Below are positions 8,612 to 17,984 of a stretch of 64,000 nt of DNA, piece after piece. This DNA is from an uncultured Burkholderiaceae bacterium. GTDB lineage: Bacteria; Pseudomonadota; Gammaproteobacteria; Burkholderiales; Burkholderiaceae_F. How positions within the stretch are numbered: position 1 is the first letter of the stretch; every line of letters begins with the position of its first letter. The notes beneath the pieces are model-generated. The model searched no databases. It saw only the letters and a program-made list of their open reading frames with translations, and was not told the DNA's origin. The stretch spans positions 6,582 to 70,581 of the forward strand of contig CAZEIW010000026.1 of NCBI GenBank assembly GCA_964512305.1. The letters run 5' to 3'. The translations under genes were made by a program, and so were the position numbers.

Positions 8612-8683
8612 CGCCGCTCAGCGCTGCACGCTCGCCCAGACCTTCTGCAGGCGCTTGGTGCTGACCGGCATCGGCGTGCGCAG

Positions 8684-11600
8684 TTACTGCGCGAACAGCG
8701 ACACCCTCAGTTCCTCGAGCAGCCAGCGGAACTCCTGCAGCCGCGGATCGGCGACGCCTTTGCGCGCCGCCGTCTCGCGCAGCCACGGCGTCTGCAGCGC
8801 CGCCAGCTCGGCCTGACGGCCCTGATCGCGGGCCGGATCCGCCTTCAGCTTGTCCAGGCGCATCGCGATCGCTTTGAGGTAGCGCGGGTAGTGCGCAAGC
8901 TGGGCCGGCGGCGTGTCGACCAGGAAGTTGCGGGCGAACAGGCGCCCGAGCTGCTGCTCGATGTCGGCGGCCGCCGCCGCGAAGCCGCGGTGCGCGGCGA
9001 GCTTCTTCGGCAGCGCCGCCGCCTCCTGCGCGATCAGCGCCGCCAGCCGCGCGACCTCCTGCGCGATCAGGCTCAGCCGCCCGCGAGCCTCGTCCTTGCG
9101 CGCGACGAATCCGGCGCGATCGTGCGGCCAGGGCTCGCCCAGGCAGGCGCGGTCGAGCGCCGCGGCGATGACCTGCTCGCGCAGGGCCTCGAAGCCGGGC
9201 CAGGCGGCGGCGAGCGCGGGAACCGTCGACGCCTGCATCTGCGCGGTCTGCAACGATGCCAGCGATTTCTCCAGGAACTTGATCTGCTCGCGCAGCTGCA
9301 ACCGGAAGAGGCGGCGCAGGCCGTCGCGATGCGCGGCGCGCGCCTGCGCCGGGTCGTCGAACACCTCCAACGCGCAGCGGTCTCCCTGGTCGACCACCGC
9401 GGGGTGGCCGATCAGCGTCTGGCCGCCGCGCCGGATCTCCATGATCTGCGGCAGTTCCCCGAAGTCCCAGTCGACGATCGCTTCCTGCAGCGCGGGCTCG
9501 GCCGCGCGGTCCTGCAGCGCCAACGACTGGAACGACTTCTGCGCCTCGCCGCCGAGCTCGGCGCGCAGCGCGGCCAGATTGCGGCCCATCGCCAGCTGCC
9601 GGCCGCCGTCGTCGATGACCTTGAAATTCATCGTCAGGTGGGCCGGCAGCGTCTCGAGCTTGAAATCGGACGGCGTGCAGGCGACCTGCGTGCGATCCCG
9701 GATGTCGGCGATCAGCGCCTCGACCAGCCCGCCCGGCGGGGCCGTTTCTTCCGGCGCGATCGACGCGCCATGGCGCTCGACGAAGCCGCCCGCGTACTCG
9801 GGCAGCGGCACGCAGGCGCGCCTGAGCTTCTGCGGCAGCGACTTCAGCAGCAGGTGCACCTTCTCCTTCAGCATGCCCGCCACCAGCCACTCGCAGCGCT
9901 GCGCGTCGACCTGGTTCAGCGCATAGAGCGGCACGGTCAGCGTGACGCCGTCGCGCGCCGCCCCGGGCTCGAAGTGATAGGAAAGCGCCATGGTCACGCC
10001 GCGCATCGCGAGCTGCTTCGGGAACTGCTCGCTGGTGGCGCCCGCGGCCTCGTGGCGCATCAGCTCGTCGCGCGACAGGAACAGCAGCTTCGCGCGCTCG
10101 CGCTCGGCCTCGCCGCGCCAGCGTTCGAATCCGGCGCCGTTGCACACGTCGGCCGGGACCAGCCGGTCGTAGAACGCGAAGATCAGCTCGTCGTCGACCA
10201 GGACGTCGGGGCGCCGCGTCTTGTGCTCGAGCTCGCGGATCTCGCGCACGAGGCGCTGGTTGTGCTGGAAGAACGGGGCGCGCGTGTCGTATTCGCCGCC
10301 GACCAGCGCTTCGCGCAGGAAGATCTCTCGCGCCCGCGCCGGGTCGAGCGGGCCGAAATGCACGCGACGCTGCTGGTAGACCGGCAGGCCGTACAGCGTG
10401 GCCCGCTCGAACGCGACGACCTGCGCCGGGCGCTTCTCCCAGTGCGGATCGCCGTGGCTTTTCTTGAGCAGATGCCCTGCCACGCGCTCGACACAGGCCG
10501 GCTCGACGCTGGCCACGGTGCGCGCGAACAGGCGCGAGGTCTCGACCAGCTCGGCCGCCACGATCCAGCGGCCCGCCTTGCGCGCCAGCGGCGACCCGGG
10601 CCAGACATGGAACTTGATGCCTCGCGCGCCCAGGAACGGCGGCTCGCGCCGGTCGGCCGGGTCGGCCTCGCCGGACTTGCACCCGATGTTGCCCAGCAGG
10701 CCCGTCAGCAGCGCCAGGTGCAGCTGCTCGTAGGTCGCCTCGGCCGCGTTGACGCGCCAGCCGTGCTCGGCCACGATCTGGTGCAGCTGAGAGTGCACGT
10801 CGATCCATTCGCGCACCCGGCGCGGGCTGATGTATTCGGCCTTGAGTTCGTCGGCCAGCCTGCGGTTGGACTTCTTGTGCTCGATCCGCTCCTGCAGCGC
10901 CCGCCACAATCGCAGGTAGCCGACGAAGTCCGACTTCTCGTCGGCGAAGCGGCGGTGCGCGCGGTCCGCGCCATCCTGCGCGGCGAGCGGGCGCTCGCGC
11001 GGATCCTGGACCGACAGCGCGGCCGCGAGGACCTGCATTTCGCGCAGGCACTGGTGTTCGCGCGCCGCGAGCAGCATGCGGCCGACGCGCGGGTCGACCG
11101 GCAGTGCGGCCAGTTCGCGGCCGATCGCCGTGAGCTCGTTGCGATCGTCGACTGCATTGAGCTCCGCCAGCAGCTGGTAGCCGTCGGCGATCGCGCGCGC
11201 CGGCGGCGCCTCGAGGAACGGGAATTCGGCCGGATCGCCGAGGCTGAGCGATTTCATGCGCAGGATCACGGCCGCCAGCGATGAGCGGAGGATCTCGGGG
11301 TCGGTGAAGGGCGGCCGCCGCTCGAAATCCGCCTCGTCGAACAGGCGCACGCAGACGCCCGCGGCGACGCGCCCGCAACGGCCGGCGCGCTGGTTGGCCG
11401 CCGCCTGCGAGACCGGCTCGATGCGCAGCTGCTCGACCTTGTTGCGGTAGCTGTAGCGCTTGACGCGGGCCAGCCCGGTGTCGACGACGAAGCGGACCCC
11501 CGGTACCGTGAGCGAGGTCTCGGCGATGTTGGTCGCCAGCACGATCCTGCGCCCTCCGCCGGGCTTGAAGACGCGCTCCTGCTCGGACGCCGACAGCCGC

Positions 11601-12490
11601 GCGTACAGCGGCAGGATCTCGGTCGCCGGCGGATGATGCTTGCGCAGCGCTTCGGCGGTCTCGCGGATCTCGCGTTCGCCGGGCAGGAACACGAGCACGT
11701 CGCCGCGCTCGCCGGCCGCCAGCTCGTCGACCGCGTCGATCACCGCGTCGGCGAGCGACTTGCGCTCGAGCGCCCGCGGCACCGGGGAACCGCCGGCCGG
11801 GGCGGCGCGCGCGGCGCCCCGCGCATCGGAGTCCGCGTCGTCGAACGGCCGGTAGCGGATCTCCACCGGATACAGGCGCCCCGACACGTTGATCACCGGG
11901 GCGGGCTGCGCATCGGACCCGAAGTGTCGGGCGAAGCGCTCGGCGTCGATGGTCGCCGAGGTCACGATCAGCTTCAAGTCCGGCCGGCGCGGCAGCAGCT
12001 GCTTCAGGTAGCCCAGCAGGAAGTCGATGTTCAGGCTGCGTTCGTGCGCCTCGTCGATGATGATCGTGTCGTACGCGAAGAGCAGCGGATCGGACTGCGT
12101 CTCGGCCAGCAGGATGCCGTCGGTCATCAGCTTGATCGAAGCGCCGCGGCGGGTCTGGTCCGAGAAACGCACCTTGTAGCCGACCACCTCGCCGGGCGGC
12201 GTGTTGAGCTCCTGCGCGATCCGGTGCGCGATGCTCGATGCCGCCACTCGCCGCGGCTGCGTGTGGCCGATCAGCTTGTCGTGGCCGCGGCCGAGCGCGA
12301 GGCAGATCTTCGGCAGCTGCGTGGTCTTGCCCGAGCCGGTCTCGCCGCAAACGATCAGCACCGGGTGCGCCTCGATCGCGCGCGCGATGACCTCGCGCTG
12401 GCCGCTGACCGGCAGCTCGGGGGGAAAGGCGATCGCGGCCGCAGGCACCCGCGAAGGACGCCCGGGAAGCGTGAGCGAAGAAGTTTGCAC
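8684..12490 (-). CDS. hrpA: ATP-dependent RNA helicase HrpA (DEAH box)
   Basis: Motifs CGETGSGKTTQLP, IIDEAHERS, SATID, PGEREI, TNIAETSLT, QRAGRCGR, then a long HrpA C-terminal region. Start set at GTG 12490 (VQTSSLTLPG); TTG 12502 is also possible. The rest of the 1883-aa tracked ORF is antisense to argA and yggX. Confidence 0.93.
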   Translation of the reverse strand: MQTSSLTLPGRPSRVPAAAIAFPPELPVSGQREVIARAIEAHPVLIVCGETGSGKTTQLPKICLALGRGHDKLIGHTQPRRVAASSIAHRIAQELNTPPGEVVGYKVRFSDQTRRGASIKLMTDGILLAETQSDPLLFAYDTIIIDEAHERSLNIDFLLGYLKQLLPRRPDLKLIVTSATIDAERFARHFGSDAQPAPVINVSGRLYPVEIRYRPFDDADSDARGAARAAPAGGSPVPRALERKSLADAVIDAVDELAAGERGDVLVFLPGEREIRETAEALRKHHPPATEILPLYARLSASEQERVFKPGGGRRIVLATNIAETSLTVPGVRFVVDTGLARVKRYSYRNKVEQLRIEPVSQAAANQRAGRCGRVAAGVCVRLFDEADFERRPPFTDPEILRSSLAAVILRMKSLSLGDPAEFPFLEAPPARAIADGYQLLAELNAVDDRNELTAIGRELAALPVDPRVGRMLLAAREHQCLREMQVLAAALSVQDPRERPLAAQDGADRAHRRFADEKSDFVGYLRLWRALQERIEHKKSNRRLADELKAEYISPRRVREWIDVHSQLHQIVAEHGWRVNAAEATYEQLHLALLTGLLGNIGCKSGEADPADRREPPFLGARGIKFHVWPGSPLARKAGRWIVAAELVETSRLFARTVASVEPACVERVAGHLLKKSHGDPHWEKRPAQVVAFERATLYGLPVYQQRRVHFGPLDPARAREIFLREALVGGEYDTRAPFFQHNQRLVREIRELEHKTRRPDVLVDDELIFAFYDRLVPADVCNGAGFERWRGEAERERAKLLFLSRDELMRHEAAGATSEQFPKQLAMRGVTMALSYHFEPGAARDGVTLTVPLYALNQVDAQRCEWLVAGMLKEKVHLLLKSLPQKLRRACVPLPEYAGGFVERHGASIAPEETAPPGGLVEALIADIRDRTQVACTPSDFKLETLPAHLTMNFKVIDDGGRQLAMGRNLAALRAELGGEAQKSFQSLALQDRAAEPALQEAIVDWDFGELPQIMEIRRGGQTLIGHPAVVDQGDRCALEVFDDPAQARAAHRDGLRRLFRLQLREQIKFLEKSLASLQTAQMQASTVPALAAAWPGFEALREQVIAAALDRACLGEPWPHDRAGFVARKDEARGRLSLIAQEVARLAALIAQEAAALPKKLAAHRGFAAAAADIEQQLGRLFARNFLVDTPPAQLAHYPRYLKAIAMRLDKLKADPARDQGRQAELAALQTPWLRETAARKGVADPRLQEFRWLLEELRVSLFAQ

Positions 12491-12535
12491 TTGGAAAATC
12501 AACGACTTGCGGCGGTGCGAAGTATACTTTTCGGC

Positions 12536-13885
12536 GTGAACGACCCCGCCGAAGCCGTAGTCCAAGCGCAGACCGACGCCTCGCAGGCGCAGTTCGTCGC
12601 GTGGCTGCGCGACGTTGCGCCCTATGTGCACGCGCACCGCGGGCGCACGTTCGTGATCGGCTTCGGCGGCGAGCTGATCGAGTCCGGACGGCTCGACGCG
12701 CTGGTGCACGACCTGTCGCTGCTGCAGGCGCTGGGCATCCGTCTCGTGCTGGTGCACGGCTCGCGCCCGCAGGTGCAGGCGCAGCTGCAGCTTCGCAAGC
12801 TGCAGGCGGCGTTCGCGAAGGGCATGCGGATCACCGACCGTGCCGCGCTCGAGTGCGTCAAGGAGGCCGCCGGCGGCATTCGCCTCGGCATCGAGGCGGC
12901 GTTTTCGCAGGGGCTTCCGAACACACCGATGGCCAACAGCCAGATCCGAGTGGCAAGCGGCAATTTCGTCGTCGCGCAGCCGGTCGGGATTCTCGACGGG
13001 GTCGATTTCCAGCATACCGGGCTGGTGCGCAAGATCGACGTCGAGGCAATCCGCGCCACGCTCGCCAACGATTCGCTGGTCCTGCTGTCGCCGCTGGGAT
13101 TCTCGCCCACCGGCGAAGCCTTCAACCTGATGATGCAGGACGTGGCCTGCAGCGCCGCGATCGCGCTGAGGGCGCACAAGCTGGTCCTGATCGGCGAGGC
13201 CGACGGCGCGCGCGACCGGCGCGGCGACCTTTGCGCCGAGCTGTCGCCGGAAGAAGCGGAGCGGATGATCCAGGACGGCGCGGTGGGTCAGGCCGCCGCG
13301 GTCGACCTCGCCTACCTGGTCAGGGCCTGCCGCGGCGGCGTCGCGCGCGCGCACCTGGTTCCGATGCTGCTCGACGGCGGCCTGCTGCTCGAACTGTTCA
13401 CGCACGGCGGCGTCGGCACCATGGTGGCGACCGGCGACCTCGAATCGCTGCGCGAGGCCGGCGCCGACGACGTCGGAAGCGTGCTGCAGCTGATCGAGCC
13501 GCTCGAGGCCGACGGCACGCTGGTCAAGCGGCCGCGTGAGCTGATCGAGCGCGAGATCTCGCACTTCTCGGTGCTCGAGCACGACGGCGTGATCTTCGGC
13601 TGCGCAGCGCTGTATCCGTTCCGCGAGGCCGGCATGGGCGAGATGGCCTGCCTGACCGTGCACCCGAAGCATCGCGAAGGCGGCGACGGCGAGCGCCTGC
13701 TCAAGCGCATCGAGGCGCGCGCGCGCGCCGCGGGGCTGACACGGCTGTTCGTGCTGACCACGCGCACCGCGCACTGGTTCCTGAAGCGCGGCTTCACGAT
13801 GGCCGCGGTCGAGGACCTGCCGGTCGGGCGGCAGCGGCTGTACAACTGGCAGCGGCGTTCGCAGATCCTCATCAAGACGATTTGA
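12536..13885 (+). CDS. argA: Amino-acid N-acetyltransferase (N-acetylglutamate synthase)
   Basis: GTG 12536 (VNDPAEAVV...). FVAWLRDVAPYVHAHRGRTFVIGFGGE marks the amino-acid kinase fold, and a C-terminal GNAT domain follows (GMGEMACLTVHPKHREGGDGERLL). 449 aa. Confidence 0.92.
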   Translation: MNDPAEAVVQAQTDASQAQFVAWLRDVAPYVHAHRGRTFVIGFGGELIESGRLDALVHDLSLLQALGIRLVLVHGSRPQVQAQLQLRKLQAAFAKGMRITDRAALECVKEAAGGIRLGIEAAFSQGLPNTPMANSQIRVASGNFVVAQPVGILDGVDFQHTGLVRKIDVEAIRATLANDSLVLLSPLGFSPTGEAFNLMMQDVACSAAIALRAHKLVLIGEADGARDRRGDLCAELSPEEAERMIQDGAVGQAAAVDLAYLVRACRGGVARAHLVPMLLDGGLLLELFTHGGVGTMVATGDLESLREAGADDVGSVLQLIEPLEADGTLVKRPRELIEREISHFSVLEHDGVIFGCAALYPFREAGMGEMACLTVHPKHREGGDGERLLKRIEARARAAGLTRLFVLTTRTAHWFLKRGFTMAAVEDLPVGRQRLYNWQRRSQILIKTI

Positions 13886-13924
13886 ACCCGATTGCGGGAT
13901 TCCGAAAGGCGAAGGAACACTGAC

Positions 13925-14197
13925 ATGGCACGCCTCGTAAAGTGCGTGAAGCTGGGACGCGAAGCCGAGGGTCTCGATTTCGCCCCGCTGCCGGGCGAGC
14001 TGGGCAAGCGGATCTTCGACAGCGTGTCGAAGGAAGCCTGGGCCCAGTGGCAACGGCACCAGACGATGCTGGTGAACGAGAACCGGCTCAACCTTGCCGA
14101 TCCGCGCGCCCGCAAGTACCTGCTGACCCAGATGGAGCAGTATTTCTTCGGCGAAGGCGCCGATACGCCGGCCGGATACGTGCCGCCGAAGGGGTAG
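13925..14197 (+). CDS. yggX: Fe(2+)-trafficking / oxidative-damage protection protein YggX
   Basis: [66 protein letters not shown]. 90 aa from ATG 13925. Confidence 0.9.
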   Translation: MARLVKCVKLGREAEGLDFAPLPGELGKRIFDSVSKEAWAQWQRHQTMLVNENRLNLADPRARKYLLTQMEQYFFGEGADTPAGYVPPKG

Positions 14198-14227
14198 CGG
14201 CTCGCCGGCCGCGCCCGAATCGGCGCC

Positions 14228-14854
14228 ATGCTCGAAACGGCCTTCAGCATCCTCGGCGCGCCGGTCACCTGGCTCGAGGTCGCGGCTTTCCTGCTCGCGC
14301 TCGGCTGCATCGTCTGCAACGTGTACGAGATCCACTGGGGTTGGCCGCTTGCGATCGTCTCGAGCCTGCTTTACGCGTGGCTTTTCTTCGCCAACCGCCT
14401 GTATGGCGACGTTGCGGTCCAGGGGTTCTTCGTGGTCTCGTCGGCGTGGGGTTGGTGGGAGTGGCGCTTCGCGCGGCGCGCCGGCGGGCCCGCGGCGGCG
14501 CCGGGGCCTTTGCGGGTCTCCCGGCTGGGCCGGCGCCGCCGCTTTGCGCTGGCCGGCGCGTGGCTGCTCGCATGGCCCCTGCTCGGGGCGCTGCTGCAGC
14601 GGTATACCGACACCGACGTCGCCTACTACAACGCCTTCCCGACCGCCGGGAGCTTCCTTGGCCAGATCCTGATGGCGCTGAAGTTCGTCGAGTGCTGGCC
14701 GGTGTGGCTGGTCGTCAACGTCACGGGGATGACGCTGTACGCCTTCAAGGACCTTTGGCTGACCTCGATGCTGTATGCGGTCTTCGCCGCGCTCGCCGTC
14801 GCCGGTTGGCGCCGCTGGCGCACGGCGCTCGCCCCCGCCGGGCCTGCGTCATGA
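14228..14854 (+). CDS. pnuC: PnuC-family nicotinamide riboside (or related vitamin) transporter
   Basis: 208 aa polytopic protein. Contains NVYEIHWGWPLAIVSSLLYAWLFF and GWWEW, with the Trp-rich signatures of PnuC. Confidence 0.85.
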   Translation: MLETAFSILGAPVTWLEVAAFLLALGCIVCNVYEIHWGWPLAIVSSLLYAWLFFANRLYGDVAVQGFFVVSSAWGWWEWRFARRAGGPAAAPGPLRVSRLGRRRRFALAGAWLLAWPLLGALLQRYTDTDVAYYNAFPTAGSFLGQILMALKFVECWPVWLVVNVTGMTLYAFKDLWLTSMLYAVFAALAVAGWRRWRTALAPAGPAS

Positions 14855-15384
14855 GCGTCGCCGTCCGCCGCATCGCGGTGATCGGCGCCGAGTGCGTCGG
14901 CAAGACCACGCTGTGCGAGCAGCTGGCGCACGAGCTGCCCGGCGACTGGATCCAGGAGTATCTGCGCGAGTTCTGTGTCGCGCGCGGCCGCACCCCGGCC
15001 GAATCCGAGCAGGCGCACATCCTGCAAGTTCAGATCGAGCGCGAGGCCCAGGCCGAGGCGGCTGCCGCGGCACGCGGTCTTGGCTGGCTGCTGTGCGACT
15101 CGGCGCCGATCGTCACCGCGACGTACAGCATGCAGTACTTCGGCGATCGCAGCCTGCTCGACGCGGCGCTCGCCCATCACCGCCGCTATGACGCGACGCT
15201 GCTGCTGGCACCCGACCTGCCCTGGCATGCCGACGGCATCCTGCGCGACGGTCCGGGCGTGCGCGAGCGGTTCCATGCGCTGCTCGCCGGACGGCTCTCG
15301 GGCGCCGGAATCGGCGCGCATTTGACGGCAGGCAAGGGGAAGGCGCGGCTGGCGAACGCGCGCGCCGCGCTCCGGTGCTTATAA
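14851..15384 (+). CDS. AAA-type ATPase resembling the NadR ribosylnicotinamide-kinase domain
   Basis: ATG 14851 overlaps the pnuC stop (ATGA). P-loop IAVIGAECVGKTTL, then WIQEYLREF. 177 aa. It has no NMN adenylyltransferase domain and no HTH domain. Confidence 0.75.
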   Translation: MSVAVRRIAVIGAECVGKTTLCEQLAHELPGDWIQEYLREFCVARGRTPAESEQAHILQVQIEREAQAEAAAAARGLGWLLCDSAPIVTATYSMQYFGDRSLLDAALAHHRRYDATLLLAPDLPWHADGILRDGPGVRERFHALLAGRLSGAGIGAHLTAGKGKARLANARAALRCL

Positions 15385-15393
15385 TTCCGCTTC

Positions 15394-15504
15394 AACGCTA
15401 GGGGTCCCGCAAAAATCCGCGGCAAATGTCGCGGTCCGGGCGACCGGACGGGTGAGAAAGACCCTTGGAACCTGATCAAGTTAACACTTGCGCAGGGAAG
15501 CGTT
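15394..15504 (+). promoter_or_regulatory. TPP (THI-box) riboswitch aptamer
   Basis: P1 helix: aacgct (15394-15399) pairs with agcgtt (15499-15504). Conserved cores are CTAGGGGTCCC, GGTGAGA and ACCCTTGGAACCTGATCAAGTTAACACTTGCGCAGGGAAG. It lies 79 nt upstream of the TonB-receptor ATG, and GGAGG at 15574-15578 is the likely regulated SD. Confidence 0.85.
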
Positions 15505-15582
15505 CAAGGCGGCGCAGCTCGTCCCAATCTCTTCGGGGCAACCCGTCCGCCATCGCTCCCCTGCCATCGGTGCGGAGGCACG

Positions 15583-17823
15583 ATGGCATCCTCGAATTCC
15601 AGGCAATCGCGGAAACGTCGCGCGCCGCGCGCGGCGGTCTTTCTCGCGGCATCTTCGATCGCATTGTTTGCCGCCTACGGACCCGCCCGCGCCCAGACCG
15701 TGGCGGCGGCGCCGCTGCCGTCCGACACGGTGACGATCGAGGCGCAGCGGCTTGCGCGCCAGTCGCTCTCGGGCGGCGTCAACGACTTCTCGACCGCGCC
15801 GCTCGCGCGGACGCCGCTGGCGGTCGACGTGCTGAGCGTCGAGGACCTGGTCGACCGCGGCGTCAACAGCCTGTCCTCGGCGATCCGCGGCGAAACCTCG
15901 GTCGGGGACGACTACAACACCTTCGGCTACGTCGAGGGGCTGCAGATCCGCGGCTTCGTGCTCGACGAGGTGCTCAACTACCGCCGCGACGGCATGCCGG
16001 TGAGCAGCCACGTCCCGGTCGCCCTCGAGAACAAGGAGGCGATCGAGATCCTCAAGGGCCTGTCGGGCATCATCGCCGGCAGCAGCGCGCCGGGCGGACT
16101 GGTCGACTACCGCCTCAAGCGGCCGACCGACAGCCCGCTGCGGGTGATCCGCGCCGAGATCTCGGAGCGCGGCTCGGCGCTCGTTCACGGCGACTTCGGC
16201 GGACGCGCCGGCGAAGGCGACCGCCTCGGCTACCGGATCAACGTCGCCGCCGAGGAGCGCCGGCCGCCGATCGACAACGCATGGGCCAGGCGCGCGTTCG
16301 CAAGCGGCTATTTCGACTGGCGTGCGGCGCCCGACACGCTGCTCGAGCTCGAGTTCGAGCACCAGCGCGTGCGCCAGATCAGCGTGCCCGGCTACGGCCT
16401 GCTCGACACCGACGGCGACGGCATCGCCGAGACGCTGCCGCCGCCGATCGATCCGCGCATCAACCTCAACGCGCAGCCGTGGACGCAGCCCTTCGAGAGC
16501 ACCGCGACCACAGGCTCGGTGCGGATCGCGCAGCGCCTCGGGCCGGCGTGGGACGCCGCGCTGCGGCTCGGCATCCAGCGCAGCGTCGCCAACGACCGCA
16601 TCGCGTTTCCCGACGGCTGCAGCAGCGGACCGAACTACGTCTACCCGGGCCTGTGCGGCAACTACGACATCGATATCTACGATTACATCAGCGACGGCGA
16701 GCGCCGCAACACGAACGACGCGGACGCGCGGCTGCACGGCCGCTTCGTCACCGGACCGGTCGACCACGAGCCCACGTTCGGCCTGCGCGTCACGCGCTAC
16801 GACGAGCGCTACCCGCCGTTCCAGGCCTACAACTTCGCCGGTACCGTCAACGTCTTCGCGCCCGTCGCGCTGCCGCCCAACGCGGCCATGACGAATCCCA
16901 ATGTGCGCGTCGACCTCCACATCGACGAGCTGTCCGCCACCGACGTGCTGCGGTTCGCGCAGCGGTGGTCGGTCTGGCTCGGTGCGCGCCTGACGCGGCT
17001 GGACCAGTCGAGCGCGCTCACGCAGCCCGACGCCAGCGGCGGCCTCGAGGACGTGGCGCTCGCGCAGCACTTCTTCACGCCGTTCGGCGCGGTCGGCTAC
17101 GAGCCGTGGGCCGACGGCTTCGTCTACCTGTCGGGCGGCAGCGGCGTCGAGACGGCCACGGTGCCCAATCGACCCGATCTCTTCGTCAACCCGGGCCGGG
17201 CGCTGCCGGCGCTGCGCAGCCGGCAGGTCGAGCTCGGCTTCAAGCAGACACGGGCCGGCGTGATGGCGTTCAATGCAGCGCTGTTCCAGATCGAGAAGCC
17301 GTTCCCGGACGACATCCCGCAGCCCGGCGGCCTGGCGCTGCGCGTCGCGGGCGCGCGCGTGCAGCGCCATCGCGGACTGGAGCTCGACCAGGACTGGATC
17401 GCGCTGCCGAACCTGCGGCTGAAGGCCGCCATGACGCTGCTGCAGGCCGAAACGACGCAGGCCGTCAACGGCGCCTATGTCGGCCGGGCGACCGTCAACG
17501 TTCCGCACGTGTCCGCGACGCTGCGCGATACCTGGGACCCGCCGGGACTGCCCGGACTGGCCTGGAGCAACCAGCTCGTATTCTCCGGCCACAAGCCCGT
17601 GCTGCCGGACGCCTCGGTCGATCTGCCCGCCTACTGGCAGTGGGACACCGCGCTGCGCTACCGCGTGCAGGGGCCCGGCTCGGCATGGACCTGGCGTGCC
17701 GGCATCGACAACGTGACCGACCGCCGCTACTGGCGCGAGGCGCCGACGGCGCCGTGGGGCGCGACTTACCTGTTCCCCGCCATGGCCCGCACGGCACGCC
17801 TCGGGGTGGAGGTATCGTTCTAG
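15583..17823 (+). CDS. TonB-dependent outer-membrane receptor (candidate thiamine/thiamine-precursor receptor)
   Basis: Signal peptide ...AAVFLAASSIALFAAYGPARAQ. Plug domain DTVTIEAQR..., IEILKGLSG. C-terminal barrel ending ARTARLGVEVSF (terminal Phe). Confidence 0.9.
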   Translation: MASSNSRQSRKRRAPRAAVFLAASSIALFAAYGPARAQTVAAAPLPSDTVTIEAQRLARQSLSGGVNDFSTAPLARTPLAVDVLSVEDLVDRGVNSLSSAIRGETSVGDDYNTFGYVEGLQIRGFVLDEVLNYRRDGMPVSSHVPVALENKEAIEILKGLSGIIAGSSAPGGLVDYRLKRPTDSPLRVIRAEISERGSALVHGDFGGRAGEGDRLGYRINVAAEERRPPIDNAWARRAFASGYFDWRAAPDTLLELEFEHQRVRQISVPGYGLLDTDGDGIAETLPPPIDPRINLNAQPWTQPFESTATTGSVRIAQRLGPAWDAALRLGIQRSVANDRIAFPDGCSSGPNYVYPGLCGNYDIDIYDYISDGERRNTNDADARLHGRFVTGPVDHEPTFGLRVTRYDERYPPFQAYNFAGTVNVFAPVALPPNAAMTNPNVRVDLHIDELSATDVLRFAQRWSVWLGARLTRLDQSSALTQPDASGGLEDVALAQHFFTPFGAVGYEPWADGFVYLSGGSGVETATVPNRPDLFVNPGRALPALRSRQVELGFKQTRAGVMAFNAALFQIEKPFPDDIPQPGGLALRVAGARVQRHRGLELDQDWIALPNLRLKAAMTLLQAETTQAVNGAYVGRATVNVPHVSATLRDTWDPPGLPGLAWSNQLVFSGHKPVLPDASVDLPAYWQWDTALRYRVQGPGSAWTWRAGIDNVTDRRYWREAPTAPWGATYLFPAMARTARLGVEVSF

Positions 17824-17984
17824 CGGCGGTCGTCGCGTGCCGAACGGATCGCTTGTACTCTCGAGTGCGTATCGCGCTCGGATAAGCGCCCGCCATGACG
17901 ATCGGGAGACTGGCGTCCCGGGAGTCGATCGCCAGCGGCGCATCCCTGTTGGCTTTGAAACGCATCCGTGACAAGGAGACGATC

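Noticed and set aside
8454-12350. 1298-aa minus-strand ORF in an alternative frame of hrpA
   Set aside because: It is extremely Arg/Ala/Gly/Pro-rich with no motifs. The overlapping frame carries all the DEAH-helicase motifs.
12491-14335. Upstream 615 codons of the 1883-aa minus-strand ORF, suggesting a giant HrpA
   Set aside because: Helicase homology begins at about 12490. The extension is antisense to argA and yggX, which have strong family motifs, and its sequence is compositionally biased with no motifs.
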